Positions 47,359 through 57,185 of a stretch of 60,582 nucleotides of DNA are shown here, one piece after another (positions within the stretch are counted from its first letter, which is position 1; each line of letters starts with the position of its first letter). The stretch lies in NCBI GenBank assembly GCA_031411295.1, contig JANOAV010000053.1, forward strand, positions 1-60,582, given 5' to 3'. Both the position numbers and the translations under genes were made by a program. Source of the DNA: Verrucomicrobiales bacterium (GTDB lineage Bacteria; Verrucomicrobiota; Verrucomicrobiia; Verrucomicrobiales; V1-33). Below the pieces are notes generated by a model that was given only the letters and a program-made list of their open reading frames with translations, made no database searches and was not told the DNA's origin.

Positions 47359-48110
47359 GGCTCATTCCCAAACCTGGCGGAACGGAGGCGGAAGCCTGTA
47401 TTCAGGGATTTATCGACGTCCAAATGGCTGCGCGCGCTGAAGGAATTCCTTGGGATGAGGTAAAGGTGGACTATGGGAGCTTTACGCGTGGACCCCAATT
47501 GCGTGGGCTGCTAGTTGATGAGCAGAAAGGCCTTTGTGCCTACACTGGTGCTCCGCTTGATGAGCGACTTACTGAGAAGCAGCCAAGTAGGCTGAATCCG
47601 CCTCACACTGACTACTGGTTTAAACCTCACATTGAGCATTTGAAGCCAGAGGAGCAATGCCGTGAAGAACTTACGGCTAATCAGCGCGAGGTGGGAAGAG
47701 ATGTAGGGGAAGACATGGCCTATCCAAACTTGGTCGTAGCAATTGAGGTTTCAGGGACCCCCAAAGAACAGTTTGGAGCCTCATTTCGAGGCACAAAACC
47801 GCTGCCGATCCTGCCCACAATGCCAGAATGTGAACGCTCCTTTGAATACTTGGAGAGCGGTCGTGTTCTGGGGACGAGTGATGAAGCAAAGGTGACAATC
47901 ACTAACCTGCGCCTCGATCACGCCACGCTAGAGAGTTGGCGGAGGGGTGCCGTCAGAGCCTTCCTGGGTAAAGCGGCAGACTATACTACAGCAGAGCTAG
48001 AAACTCTCGCCCGTCTCGATGGCGAAGGCATTGAACGTCTTGATGAATTCGCGTTTGGAATCGCTCCGCTTGCTCGTTTCACCTTGGCTAAACGCAACTT
48101 CAACCAATGA
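47355..48110 (+). CDS. Atypical HNH-like protein (PtuB/TIGR02646-like) lacking most Zn-ligand cysteines
   Basis: MR.IPK, L..EQ.GLCAY, HIEH.KP, Y.NL and TI.NL.L motifs; translationally coupled on both sides. Confidence 0.7.
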   Translation: MRLIPKPGGTEAEACIQGFIDVQMAARAEGIPWDEVKVDYGSFTRGPQLRGLLVDEQKGLCAYTGAPLDERLTEKQPSRLNPPHTDYWFKPHIEHLKPEEQCREELTANQREVGRDVGEDMAYPNLVVAIEVSGTPKEQFGASFRGTKPLPILPTMPECERSFEYLESGRVLGTSDEAKVTITNLRLDHATLESWRRGAVRAFLGKAADYTTAELETLARLDGEGIERLDEFAFGIAPLARFTLAKRNFNQ

Positions 48111-51100
48111 GCATCCACCAAGAAATCACCTTCGAGAACGAAATCTGCCAGCACCTGGGCAACCATGGCTGGCTGTATGCCGAGGGGGATGCGGCAGGGT
48201 ATGATCGGGCGCGGGCCTTGTTTCCGGCGGATGTGGTGGCGTGGGCGAAGGAGACGCAGCCGAAGGCTTGGGAGGCTCTTGTGAAGAATCACGGGGCGCT
48301 GGCGGAGGAAACGCTGCTGGGACGGTTGCGAGATCAGTTGAATCAACGTGGCACGCTGGATGTGCTGCGTCAGGGGATTGAGTTGCTGGGGCTGAAGCAA
48401 CCGTTGAAGCTGGCAGAATTCAAGCCCGCCCTGGGCATCAATCCTGACATTCTGGCGCGTTATGTGGCTAACCGGTTGCGCGTGGTCCGGCAGGTCAGGT
48501 ATTCGCTGCATTGTGAGAACAGCATTGATCTGGTGCTGTTTCTCAACGGCCTGCCAGTGGCGACGGTGGAGTTGAAAACGGATTTCACCCAGAGCATTGG
48601 CGATGCAATTGATCAATATCGATTTGATCGGGATCCTAACCCGAAGGGAAAAATGCCCGAGCCTCTGCTATCCTTCCCCAATGGAGCATTGGTGCATTTT
48701 GCGGTAAGCAACAGCGAGGTGCACATGGTAACAAAGTTGGAGGGCAAGGACTCGATGTTCCTGCCATTTAACCAAGGCGACCACGGAGCCGCAGGGAATC
48801 CGCTGAATCCGGCAGGTGGGCATCGGACGGCGTATCTCTGGGAACGCGTCTGGGAGCGGGCGAGTTGGCTGGAAATTCTGGGTCGCTACTGCATCTCCCA
48901 AAAGGACAAGAAGCAGCAGACGGTGAAACTCATTTTCCCTCGGTATCATCAACTGGATGTGACACGGCATTTGCAAGTGGCGGTGCTGCACGATGGGGTG
49001 GGCGGGAAGTATTTGATCCAACATTCCGCCGGGTCCGGGAAAACGAATTCCATTGCGTGGACGGCCCATTTCCTGGCGGAACTGCACGATGCAGAGGATC
49101 GCAAAATGTTCGACACGGTGCTGGTGGTTTCTGACCGCACGGTGATTGATTCCCAACTCCAGGAAGCGTTGTTTGATTTCCAACGGCAGACCGGAGTGGT
49201 GGCTACGATCACGGGCAAAGATGGCAGCAAGAGCAAGGAACTGGCGGCTGCGCTGGATGGATCAAAGAAGATCGTCGTCTGCACCATTCAAACGTTTCCT
49301 GCCCTGCACAAGGCGATGCAGAAGCTGGCCACAGAAGGGAAACGATTCGCAGTGATCGCGGATGAAGCCCATAGTTCCCAGACGGGAGCGGCGGCCGCGA
49401 AATTGAAATCCGTGCTAAGTCCGGAAGAGTTAGCGGAATTGAGCGACGGCGGAGAGGTCAGCACGGAGGACATCCTGGCCGCCCAAATGGCTGCGCGGGC
49501 GAATCAGAAGGGCATCACTTACGTGGCATTTACGGCCACGCCGAAGGCGAAGACCATGGAATTGTTCGGCACCCGCCCAGACCCCACCAAGCCCGCCGGT
49601 CCTGAAAATTTACCCGCTCCATTTCACGTCTATTCGATGAGACAGGCGATTGAGGAGAAATTCATTCTCGATGTCCTGCAAAACTACACGTCCTACAAGC
49701 TAGCATTTAAGCTGGCGCACGAAGGCAAGGATTACGATGAAAAGACGGTGGAGCGCAAAGCAGCCATGAAGGGGATCATGAACTGGGTGCGACTGCATCC
49801 TTACAACATTTCCCAAAAGGTGCAGATCGTAGTGGAACACTTCCGGGCTTATGTTTCCCCGCTACTGCAAGGACGGGGCAAGGCGATGGTGGTGGTGGGC
49901 AGTCGCGTGGAAGCGGTGCGCTGGAAGCTGGCAATTGAGAAATATATCGCTGATCGCTGCTATAAGATTGGCACGGTAGTGGCATTCTCGGGGGAAGTAA
50001 ATGATGCTGAATCCAGCCCGGAAGCGCTTACCGAGAGTAGCAAGACACTGAATCCCAATCTAAAAGGGCGGGACATTCGGGAAGCGTTCAAGGGGGATGA
50101 ATATCAGATTTTGCTGGTGGCGAACAAATTCCAAACCGGGTTCGATCAACCGTTGCTCTGCGGCATGTATGTGGACAAGCGTTTGGCGGGAATCCAAGCG
50201 GTGCAAACGCTCTCACGGCTGAATCGAGCCCATCCCGGGAAGGACACGACGTATGTGCTGGATTTCGTCAACGAAACGGAGGACGTGCTTGCGGCCTTCA
50301 AAACCTATCACACCACGGCCCAAATCTCTGGAACCACGGACCCAAATCTTGTCTTCAATCTGCGGGCGAAACTGGATGCCACCGGCCATTACGATGACTT
50401 TGAGGTAAATCGCGTGGTGGAAGTGGAACTCAAAGCCAACGCCACTCAAGCGGAGTTGCTGAAGGCGCTGGAACCGGTGGCAGATCGGATTCTACGAAGC
50501 TACAAGCTGGCCACAATTGCATTAAAAACAGCCAAAGAGAAGCAGGATGAGGCGGCCATCAAATCAGCGCAGGATGAGCTGAATGCGCTGGTGATGTTCA
50601 AGGGGGACATGGGAACCTTCCTGCGGCTCTACACGTTCCTTTCCCAGATTTTCGATTATGGAAACACCGACATCGAGAAACGTGCCATTTTCTTCAAGCG
50701 CCTCCTGCCGTTGCTGGAATTTGGTCGAGAGCGGGAAGGCATTGATCTTTCCAAAGTAGTTCTCACGCACCACAAGCTGAAGAGCCAGGGCAAGCAAGCG
50801 ATGCCCCTGACAGATGGAGAAATGCCGCTGCTGGACCCCATGACGGAAATCGGCAGCGGCACTCTAAACGACTCAGTGAAGGTCCCAATGGCGGAATTAA
50901 TCGAAAAACTGAATGCCCTCTTCGGGGCTGATACCACGGATGGCGACAAGCTCAGTTGGGTAAAAGTTACATTGTTCGGCAAGGTGGCCGAATCACCCAA
51001 ACTCAGACAACAAGCAGCCAACAACACCAAGGAACAATTTGCCAATTCCCCTGACCTCAAAAAGGAATTGGAAAACGCCATCATCGCCTCCTACGATGCC

Positions 51101-51220
51101 CACACCTCCTTGAGCACGCAGGCGCTCAACTCAGAGGTCATCAAAATGGGAATCTTGGATATTCTCCTGAACCACACCAATCTCTACGAAAGTCTGCAGC
51201 ATCTGGCTGCGCAAAAATAA
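48107..51220 (+). CDS. hsdR: Type I RM restriction subunit
   Basis: D..LFLNGLP..TVELK nuclease motif, QHSAGSGKT, DEAH, AFTATPK and FQTGFDQP. Confidence 0.97.
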   Translation: MSIHQEITFENEICQHLGNHGWLYAEGDAAGYDRARALFPADVVAWAKETQPKAWEALVKNHGALAEETLLGRLRDQLNQRGTLDVLRQGIELLGLKQPLKLAEFKPALGINPDILARYVANRLRVVRQVRYSLHCENSIDLVLFLNGLPVATVELKTDFTQSIGDAIDQYRFDRDPNPKGKMPEPLLSFPNGALVHFAVSNSEVHMVTKLEGKDSMFLPFNQGDHGAAGNPLNPAGGHRTAYLWERVWERASWLEILGRYCISQKDKKQQTVKLIFPRYHQLDVTRHLQVAVLHDGVGGKYLIQHSAGSGKTNSIAWTAHFLAELHDAEDRKMFDTVLVVSDRTVIDSQLQEALFDFQRQTGVVATITGKDGSKSKELAAALDGSKKIVVCTIQTFPALHKAMQKLATEGKRFAVIADEAHSSQTGAAAAKLKSVLSPEELAELSDGGEVSTEDILAAQMAARANQKGITYVAFTATPKAKTMELFGTRPDPTKPAGPENLPAPFHVYSMRQAIEEKFILDVLQNYTSYKLAFKLAHEGKDYDEKTVERKAAMKGIMNWVRLHPYNISQKVQIVVEHFRAYVSPLLQGRGKAMVVVGSRVEAVRWKLAIEKYIADRCYKIGTVVAFSGEVNDAESSPEALTESSKTLNPNLKGRDIREAFKGDEYQILLVANKFQTGFDQPLLCGMYVDKRLAGIQAVQTLSRLNRAHPGKDTTYVLDFVNETEDVLAAFKTYHTTAQISGTTDPNLVFNLRAKLDATGHYDDFEVNRVVEVELKANATQAELLKALEPVADRILRSYKLATIALKTAKEKQDEAAIKSAQDELNALVMFKGDMGTFLRLYTFLSQIFDYGNTDIEKRAIFFKRLLPLLEFGREREGIDLSKVVLTHHKLKSQGKQAMPLTDGEMPLLDPMTEIGSGTLNDSVKVPMAELIEKLNALFGADTTDGDKLSWVKVTLFGKVAESPKLRQQAANNTKEQFANSPDLKKELENAIIASYDAHTSLSTQALNSEVIKMGILDILLNHTNLYESLQHLAAQK

Positions 51221-51271
51221 CGGGCTCGGACAACGGTATGACAACCCTTGATTTAAGGGGGATTTGAGAGA

Positions 51272-51355
51272 TGCCGGCGGTGGGACTCGAACCCACACTC
51301 CAATTACGGTGACGGATTTTAAGTCCGTTGCGTCTACCGATTCCGCCACGCCGGC
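51272..51355 (-). tRNA. tRNA-Leu(TAA), CCA not encoded
   Basis: GCCGGCG acceptor stem, TGGCGGAATCGGTAGACGC D-arm, ACGGA-CTTAAAA-TCCGT anticodon arm, long variable arm and GTTCGAGT T-loop. Confidence 0.96.
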
Positions 51356-51372
51356 TTGCGTTGCTGGGTCTC

Positions 51373-52254
51373 TTAAATCACAGGCCGGGGCATCGTGCCA
51401 GCGGAATTTTCGGGCGACAGAGAGAATTGCAGGATGGCTTCGGTCATGCGGAGGGCTTCGGCGTTGGGTTTTACCTCGTGGACGCGGAGGAGGCGGACTT
51501 GGTGGGTGCGGGCGTAGCTGGTGAGGGCTACGGTGGGCCAGGCGCGGGCGCTGAGGCTGGGGGCTTCGATGACGGCAGAGAGGAAGGACTTCCGGGAGAC
51601 GCCGAGGAGCAGGGGGCGGTGGGCCACGATTAGTTTTTCCAGATTTTGGAGCAGGGTGCGGTTGTGGTTGAGGGATTTACCGAAACCGATGCCGGGGTCG
51701 AAAACGATTTGCTCCGTGGTGACGCCGGCTGCGAGTAGATCCTGATGCCTCTGGGCGAAGAATTCCCGCACTTCCGCCACGACGTTATCATAGCGGGGAT
51801 GTTGCTGCATGGTGCGGGGCTCTCCCTGCATGTGCATGACGATACAGCCTGCGCTTGTGGTTGCAGCCAAGCTGCGCATGGCGGGATCTCGGAAACCGGA
51901 AACGTCGTTGATGATATCGGCTCCGGCGGCAATGGCGGCGGCGGCCACGGCGGGTTTCATGGTGTCGATGGAAATGAAGACTTGGCTGCTGGCTCGGAGG
52001 GCGGCAATTACCGGCAGGACGCGGGCCAGTTCGACGGCTGCGGGCACGGGTTCGGCTCCGGGGCGGGTAGATTCACCTCCGACATCGATGATCTCCGCGC
52101 CTTCTTGGATCATGGTTTGGGCCCGGGTCACTGCGAGGTCTGGCGCAATAAAATCACCCCCGTCCGAAAAGGAATCAGGGGTGACATTCAAGATGCCCAT
52201 GATTTTTCCGGTGCGGGTGAGGTCGAGCTGGCGATGGCGTGCTTTCCACAACAT
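51373..52254 (-). CDS. folP: Dihydropteroate synthase
   Basis: IMGILNVTPDSFSDGG, DVGGESTRPGA, DPGIGFGK, GVSRKSF and RVHEV. Confidence 0.96.
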   Translation of the reverse strand: MLWKARHRQLDLTRTGKIMGILNVTPDSFSDGGDFIAPDLAVTRAQTMIQEGAEIIDVGGESTRPGAEPVPAAVELARVLPVIAALRASSQVFISIDTMKPAVAAAAIAAGADIINDVSGFRDPAMRSLAATTSAGCIVMHMQGEPRTMQQHPRYDNVVAEVREFFAQRHQDLLAAGVTTEQIVFDPGIGFGKSLNHNRTLLQNLEKLIVAHRPLLLGVSRKSFLSAVIEAPSLSARAWPTVALTSYARTHQVRLLRVHEVKPNAEALRMTEAILQFSLSPENSAGTMPRPVI

Positions 52255-52372
52255 ACCCGGTAAGTGCTCTCGCTGGCAGGGTTCCACAACTCAAAAATTC
52301 GCGCTGGCGTGTCGCAGATTTGCATGCATGGTTAAATTTATCATTACTCAGCTTTACTGTTTGTCTCTGCCG

Positions 52373-52978
52373 ATGCTTTCCTGCCACCGCTTCATTATGC
52401 TTTTGGTCTTGTGCTGGGGTGGCTTGTGCCCGCAGGCAAATGCTGCCAAATTCAGCCGGGTCATTATTGATGCTGGCCACGGAGCACAGGATCAGGGGGC
52501 AAAGATTGGCTATATTTATGAAAAGCATCTGGCGTTGGATTTGGCCCGGAGGCTGGAACGCTATCTGCAGGCTCAGGGGATTAAGACGAGTCTGACGCGG
52601 CAAACCGATGTTTTCATCCCGTTGGAAGATCGTTCCGCGGTGGCAAACAAGACGAACGATTGCATCTTCGTGAGTGTTCATTTCAACATGGTGGACTATC
52701 CGGGACCCAAGGGCGTGGAGACGTGGTATTACAACCAGGAAGGTGCCAGCTTGGCGGCCTATGTGCAGGCGTCGATTGTGAGTGGCTTGCGCACCGTGAA
52801 TCGTGGCGCTAAATTCGCCCGGTATAAAGTGCTTCGCACCTGCGCGCGCCCTGCGGTGCTGGTGGAAGGGGGCTTTATCTCCACTGATGATGACTTGAAA
52901 CGCTGTCTGGATCCGAAGTATCGCGAATCGCTGGCGCAGAGCATTGGCGAGGGCTTGTTAAAGTATCGTAAAAGCTAA
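52373..52978 (+). CDS. N-acetylmuramoyl-L-alanine amidase (Amidase_3)
   Basis: IDAGHG..D.GA, EK, FVSVHFN and PAVLVEGGF; signal peptide. Confidence 0.92.
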   Translation: MLSCHRFIMLLVLCWGGLCPQANAAKFSRVIIDAGHGAQDQGAKIGYIYEKHLALDLARRLERYLQAQGIKTSLTRQTDVFIPLEDRSAVANKTNDCIFVSVHFNMVDYPGPKGVETWYYNQEGASLAAYVQASIVSGLRTVNRGAKFARYKVLRTCARPAVLVEGGFISTDDDLKRCLDPKYRESLAQSIGEGLLKYRKS

Positions 52979-52989
52979 CCTAACTAACT

Positions 52990-53607
52990 ATGAAATTACC
53001 CGTCTCTGCCCTGGCTTTGCTGCTGTTCGTCCCACTACTGAGTGCTGGAGAAAACAAGTTCGTCTGTGGTGGGTGTCTTGCTGCCCCCTGGCAGGATGAT
53101 GTCGCCAACCAATGGGGGGTGGACTTTGAAACTTCCGCGCTCTGGCGAATTTCTGATAACACATTTCTTAATTACACCGTGCTGCCGCAAGCCTTGTCGA
53201 TTCGGACTCCGGCGCATTATCAGTTGAAGTTGGATAATGGTTCGCAGTGGTTGTTGCGTTCGAAATTATCGCTGCTGGCGGAGGCCATCGTGGAAGGTCC
53301 GGAAAGTCACTATCTGGGTTGGAGTTGCAGTCCTTCGATCGAATATTGGTGGAATGAGAAAACGTATTTTCACTTCAGTGTGGGCGGTGGTTTTGGGTTG
53401 ATCGACAGCCAGGACGTGCCGGGTGGGCAGGGGCAGGATTTCACCTACAACTGGTTCAGCAGCGCAGGGATTCGCCATACGTTTGGCAATGGATGGACCT
53501 TGGGGGCTGGGCTGATGTTCCAACATTTCTCCAATCGTGGGGCCACGGATCCCAATCCCGGCTTGGATGCGCTGGGGCCGATGCTGGGTATTTCCCGGCT
53601 GTTCTAA
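52990..53607 (+). CDS. PagL-like outer-membrane lipid A deacylase / acyloxyacyl hydrolase
   Basis: Signal peptide, beta-strand pattern, FQHFSN..NPG motif and C-terminal F. Confidence 0.75.
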   Translation: MKLPVSALALLLFVPLLSAGENKFVCGGCLAAPWQDDVANQWGVDFETSALWRISDNTFLNYTVLPQALSIRTPAHYQLKLDNGSQWLLRSKLSLLAEAIVEGPESHYLGWSCSPSIEYWWNEKTYFHFSVGGGFGLIDSQDVPGGQGQDFTYNWFSSAGIRHTFGNGWTLGAGLMFQHFSNRGATDPNPGLDALGPMLGISRLF

Positions 53608-53615
53608 TCAGCGGA

Positions 53616-55082
53616 TCAGGGAGTGAATCCCAACTGACGCTGCGTTTCCTCTGGCAATCCGGCCAGGGCCTTCATGGCCGCGTGGGGATCGTGGGGCAGC
53701 CAATGTTTGAAGAGATCTTTCAAGGCGGTTTGTTGTTCGGTGGACTGTTTGATGCTGAGCGACCAGATGAGCGCGCCTTCGGGATCGTCCTCCTGGATGC
53801 CTTTGGCTAATTGCGCGGACGCGAGGTCTCTGGCGTTTCCCTCAGGCAGGGTGGCGACCCATTTGGATGCGGTCTCGGCATCTTCCTGCACCCACGCATC
53901 GGTCAGGCTGCTGATGGTGTTATCCCTCGCTGGGCCCGGAGGCAATTCCTTGATAAATGCCAGCGCACTCTGTGCGGTGGGATCTGATTCGATGTGGGTG
54001 CGGACGAGGGATTCGGCCAAGTGACTCCCTTCTGGAGCTTCGGGGTGTTTCGCCAGCCACTGGAGCAGGAAGGGCTTCGTCTGCGGATGGGTATGGTCTG
54101 ACCAATCGTTGATCACCCCGCGCATCACGTCATCGGCTATGGTGGCGGGAAGTTTTTCCAGAGCGGCTGTGAGGTTTTCTGGCTTTACATTTTGCACCAG
54201 ATTGGTGCCATAGGCGCGGCACAAGTTCGCTTTGGCGTCAGCATTAGGGAGGGATTGAAGCCAATCCAGCGCCACCTTGGGTTCACGCGCCATCCAAGTG
54301 CGCAGGAGGCCCTGACCCAGTCCTTCGGTTTGCTTTTCTGCTGGCAGGGATTGGAACCAGGCCGCCGCTTCACGGGGGGATTTCTTCGCCCAAGCGTTGA
54401 AGATACGCTCCTCCAGATCGCTGTGCTCTGTGAGCAAGTCCTTCCGTGCGGGATCATTTAGAAAGGCTGCGGGATCGGTAGCAGCCAGGATGTAGTTCAG
54501 TTCGGTGGCGGCTTCGTTGCGGTCGGCCTCGGGGATTTTTTCGAGGAGCGCTGCGGCCATGGTGGGATTGTTGCGGGCTAAGTTGGCGATCAGATAGCCG
54601 ACCATCGATTTCGTAGCGTCCGATTCAGGGTGCGCGAGGGCAAACGAAGCCGCCCGCTCGGGGTCTTTCATGCTCCACCGAAAGATCAGCATGGAGAGGG
54701 CGATCTCGTGCGATTGATGCTGTTGGTAGGGGGATTCGTCTGCCGCCGCCTGATTCATGATTTTTTCCAAATCCGCCGCACTGGTGATCAAGAGTCGGGT
54801 GATCCCGTCCTGCATCATCAGGGGATCACTATCGAGATCCCCTTCGGCCATAAACGCCACCACCTCCGCCCAGGAATGAAACGGTAGCGCCTGTGGATTG
54901 GCTTCTGCTTCTGGTGCCACTTGGGCAATTTCAGGCTTGGCTGCGGTGGGTGCGTTACCGTTGCCTGTGAGCACCGCCACCTTCGGCTTCTCCGCCGTTT
55001 GCGATGGCTGGGGCCGCGCCCACCAACCGGCGGCAAAACTCAGCAGCGCGACAGGCAAGAGGAGGACGAGAGTTGATTTCAT
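53616..55082 (-). CDS. Exported helical-repeat hypothetical protein
   Basis: N-terminal hydrophobic segment and repeated W...DP..A..W...LP units. Confidence 0.75.
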   Translation of the reverse strand: MKSTLVLLLPVALLSFAAGWWARPQPSQTAEKPKVAVLTGNGNAPTAAKPEIAQVAPEAEANPQALPFHSWAEVVAFMAEGDLDSDPLMMQDGITRLLITSAADLEKIMNQAAADESPYQQHQSHEIALSMLIFRWSMKDPERAASFALAHPESDATKSMVGYLIANLARNNPTMAAALLEKIPEADRNEAATELNYILAATDPAAFLNDPARKDLLTEHSDLEERIFNAWAKKSPREAAAWFQSLPAEKQTEGLGQGLLRTWMAREPKVALDWLQSLPNADAKANLCRAYGTNLVQNVKPENLTAALEKLPATIADDVMRGVINDWSDHTHPQTKPFLLQWLAKHPEAPEGSHLAESLVRTHIESDPTAQSALAFIKELPPGPARDNTISSLTDAWVQEDAETASKWVATLPEGNARDLASAQLAKGIQEDDPEGALIWSLSIKQSTEQQTALKDLFKHWLPHDPHAAMKALAGLPEETQRQLGFTP

Positions 55083-55119
55083 GCCGCATCCTAGGAAGTA
55101 AGGAGGAAGCTGCAAGCAG

Positions 55120-55710
55120 CTAGTTACCTAGTTGCGCCTCCAGCTGGGCAATGCGCGCCTTCAGGGGTGCGATAACCGCGCCAACTTCCTCTGCGGAGTA
55201 GCGCGGGGTGATGTATTTCGGACAGTTCCAGTCGAAAGCCACAATGCGGATGCGGAAAATGCGCTCGGTGATTTTCGCTAGTTCTGGGGTGGTGATCGAA
55301 TGCACTAAGGCGGGCCGATCCCGCGCGTCGATCACTTCGACGTGGCCCAACAGCTTGAGGCGTTCGCGATTGGCGTAGTCCATCATGAAGAGGCAGACGC
55401 GATCCTCAGTGGCAACGTTGCCAGTGGTCAGCATCTGCCGGTTTCCCTTGAAATCAGCAAAGGAAATCTCGTTGGGTCCGGTCACCTGGCAGAAACCGAC
55501 CGGTCCCCCACGATGCTGCACATAGGGCCAGCCGGAAGCGCTGACGCTGCTCAAGTAGAAGCTGTCACGGGCAGCGATGAAAGCCGTTTCTTCAGGACCC
55601 AAAACATCGTCCACCAGCGCTGGTGGCAACACTTGGGAACGGCCATAGTAGTGCAACTGGGCGGCCTGCACGGGCGGGGTGAAGGCGAGATCAAGAAACT
55701 TGTGAGCCAT
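55120..55710 (-). CDS. Pyridoxamine 5'-phosphate oxidase-family FMN-binding protein
   Basis: GWPYVQHRGG..GF, D..GNRQ and FDWNCP.YITPR. Confidence 0.9.
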   Translation of the reverse strand: MAHKFLDLAFTPPVQAAQLHYYGRSQVLPPALVDDVLGPEETAFIAARDSFYLSSVSASGWPYVQHRGGPVGFCQVTGPNEISFADFKGNRQMLTTGNVATEDRVCLFMMDYANRERLKLLGHVEVIDARDRPALVHSITTPELAKITERIFRIRIVAFDWNCPKYITPRYSAEEVGAVIAPLKARIAQLEAQLGN

Positions 55711-55770
55711 GGCAGCAATCGTGGAGTCGAGGGTAACGTGTTTGATAGCAAAATCCAGAGGGGAACAGGA

Positions 55771-56214
55771 TCAAGCAACTCCGCCGAAACTAACGTAGTC
55801 ATCCAGATCAAGATAGTCGAAGGTGCCGCGGAGATCTTCACGCGCCGGATTCAGTCGTTTGATCTGTTCGGTGAACCACTCCCGCATCTCCACGTCATTG
55901 AAGGATACCGTTTCGGTCCAGTCGGACCATTGAAGAATCTCCAGCGCGGAGCGCTCGGGCTTGGTGTAGCGATTGACCCAGAGGAGCATCTCCCAGTCGC
56001 CTGCGCCAGTCTGCACCTGCTCCAGCAGGGCTTCCGGGCTGATGCCAGTGAAGCGGAAGAAATGACCGTCGTTGGGGTTGTTGTATTTGTATTCTCCAGC
56101 GGTTCCAGCCAGGACCGCGCGGGCTTTATCAAGCAGGCGTGGCAGGATGGTATAGCCGCCAAGGCGGACGCGGGGACTGCGGGGCGGACGAGTAGTTAGA
56201 TTAAGTGAGTTCAT
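55771..56214 (-). CDS. DUF5069-like protein
   Basis: PPRSPRVRLGG...LPR..DK.RA...GT.GEY and C-terminal FD.LD.DD. Confidence 0.75.
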   Translation of the reverse strand: MNSLNLTTRPPRSPRVRLGGYTILPRLLDKARAVLAGTAGEYKYNNPNDGHFFRFTGISPEALLEQVQTGAGDWEMLLWVNRYTKPERSALEILQWSDWTETVSFNDVEMREWFTEQIKRLNPAREDLRGTFDYLDLDDYVSFGGVA

Positions 56215-56300
56215 GTGACTGTCATCATCCGGGCACTCGGACTGGGAGGGTAATGCCAGTAAAGCGTTGCCATTATGCCTAAATGACATACCCTTGGGCT

Positions 56301-57179
56301 ATGATCGACCGCATCCGTGCCCTGCTCACCGTGATCGAAGAAGGTAGTGTCAATCGCGCGGCAGTGCGGTTGCGCATCACCCAGCCTGCGCTGAGTCGGC
56401 AAATGAAGGCGTTAGAAGAACTGATCGGCGGCAGACTTTTGGAACGCGAGAGCAGCGGCGTCAAGCCGACGGGTCTGGGGCACGCGATGGTGAAATCCAT
56501 GCAGCCGCTGCTGGAAACCTATGATGCAGCCATGGCCAACCTGCGCCAGCAGGCCCGTGGAGAGAGTTCAGAGTTGCGCGTGGGGTATCTTTACTCCGCC
56601 GCTCAACGCGTGTTGACGCCAGCGCTGGCCCGTCTGCGGTTATCCCACCCCGGCATCAAACTCAAGCTGCATGACATGTCTCCCCGTGAGCAAATCGATG
56701 GCCTGCGCGCAGGGGAGCTTGAAGTGGCACTCATTGGTCAGGAGGGGGCAGTCGCGCTCACTGAGTTCCATAGCATGAAGCTGTGCTCCTTCAGAGTTTG
56801 CGTCGCAACCTCCGACAGTGATGTGCTGGCTTCCCGAAAGCAGATCGCACTCAAGGAATTAAAAGGACGAGATTTCGTGGGAATCGATGAAGCCCAAATG
56901 CCTGGGCGCAATCGTTGGATGACTTCACTCTGCAAAATAGGCGGATTTAAACCACGCTTTGGGGTCATCGTGGACGGAATAACTAACGTGCTTTCCCAAG
57001 TCGTGTCCGATTCCAGCGTCACCCTGCTTCCGGACTACTTTATCGCTTCGTCTTATCCCGGGGTGACGTTCGTGCCCATCAGCGATGCGGCCGCCCACTG
57101 GGATTTCTTTGTGCTATGGCAGAAAGGCCGTGTCTCAGTGTCGGCCCGCGCCTTGGTGGAGGCTCTCAAGCAGCCGTAG
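56301..57179 (+). CDS. LysR-family transcriptional regulator
   Basis: EEGSVNRAA.RL.ITQPALSRQ...LE HTH; divergent from the two-gene operon. Confidence 0.95.
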   Translation: MIDRIRALLTVIEEGSVNRAAVRLRITQPALSRQMKALEELIGGRLLERESSGVKPTGLGHAMVKSMQPLLETYDAAMANLRQQARGESSELRVGYLYSAAQRVLTPALARLRLSHPGIKLKLHDMSPREQIDGLRAGELEVALIGQEGAVALTEFHSMKLCSFRVCVATSDSDVLASRKQIALKELKGRDFVGIDEAQMPGRNRWMTSLCKIGGFKPRFGVIVDGITNVLSQVVSDSSVTLLPDYFIASSYPGVTFVPISDAAAHWDFFVLWQKGRVSVSARALVEALKQP

Positions 57180-57185
57180 CCCCAA

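Noticed and set aside
43757..48110. Retron (type I-A) system
   Set aside because: No reverse transcriptase ORF and no msr-msd-like structure was found.
51809..52372. N-terminal extension of the amidase ORF
   Set aside because: It is an antisense shadow of folP; the signal peptide begins near 52373.
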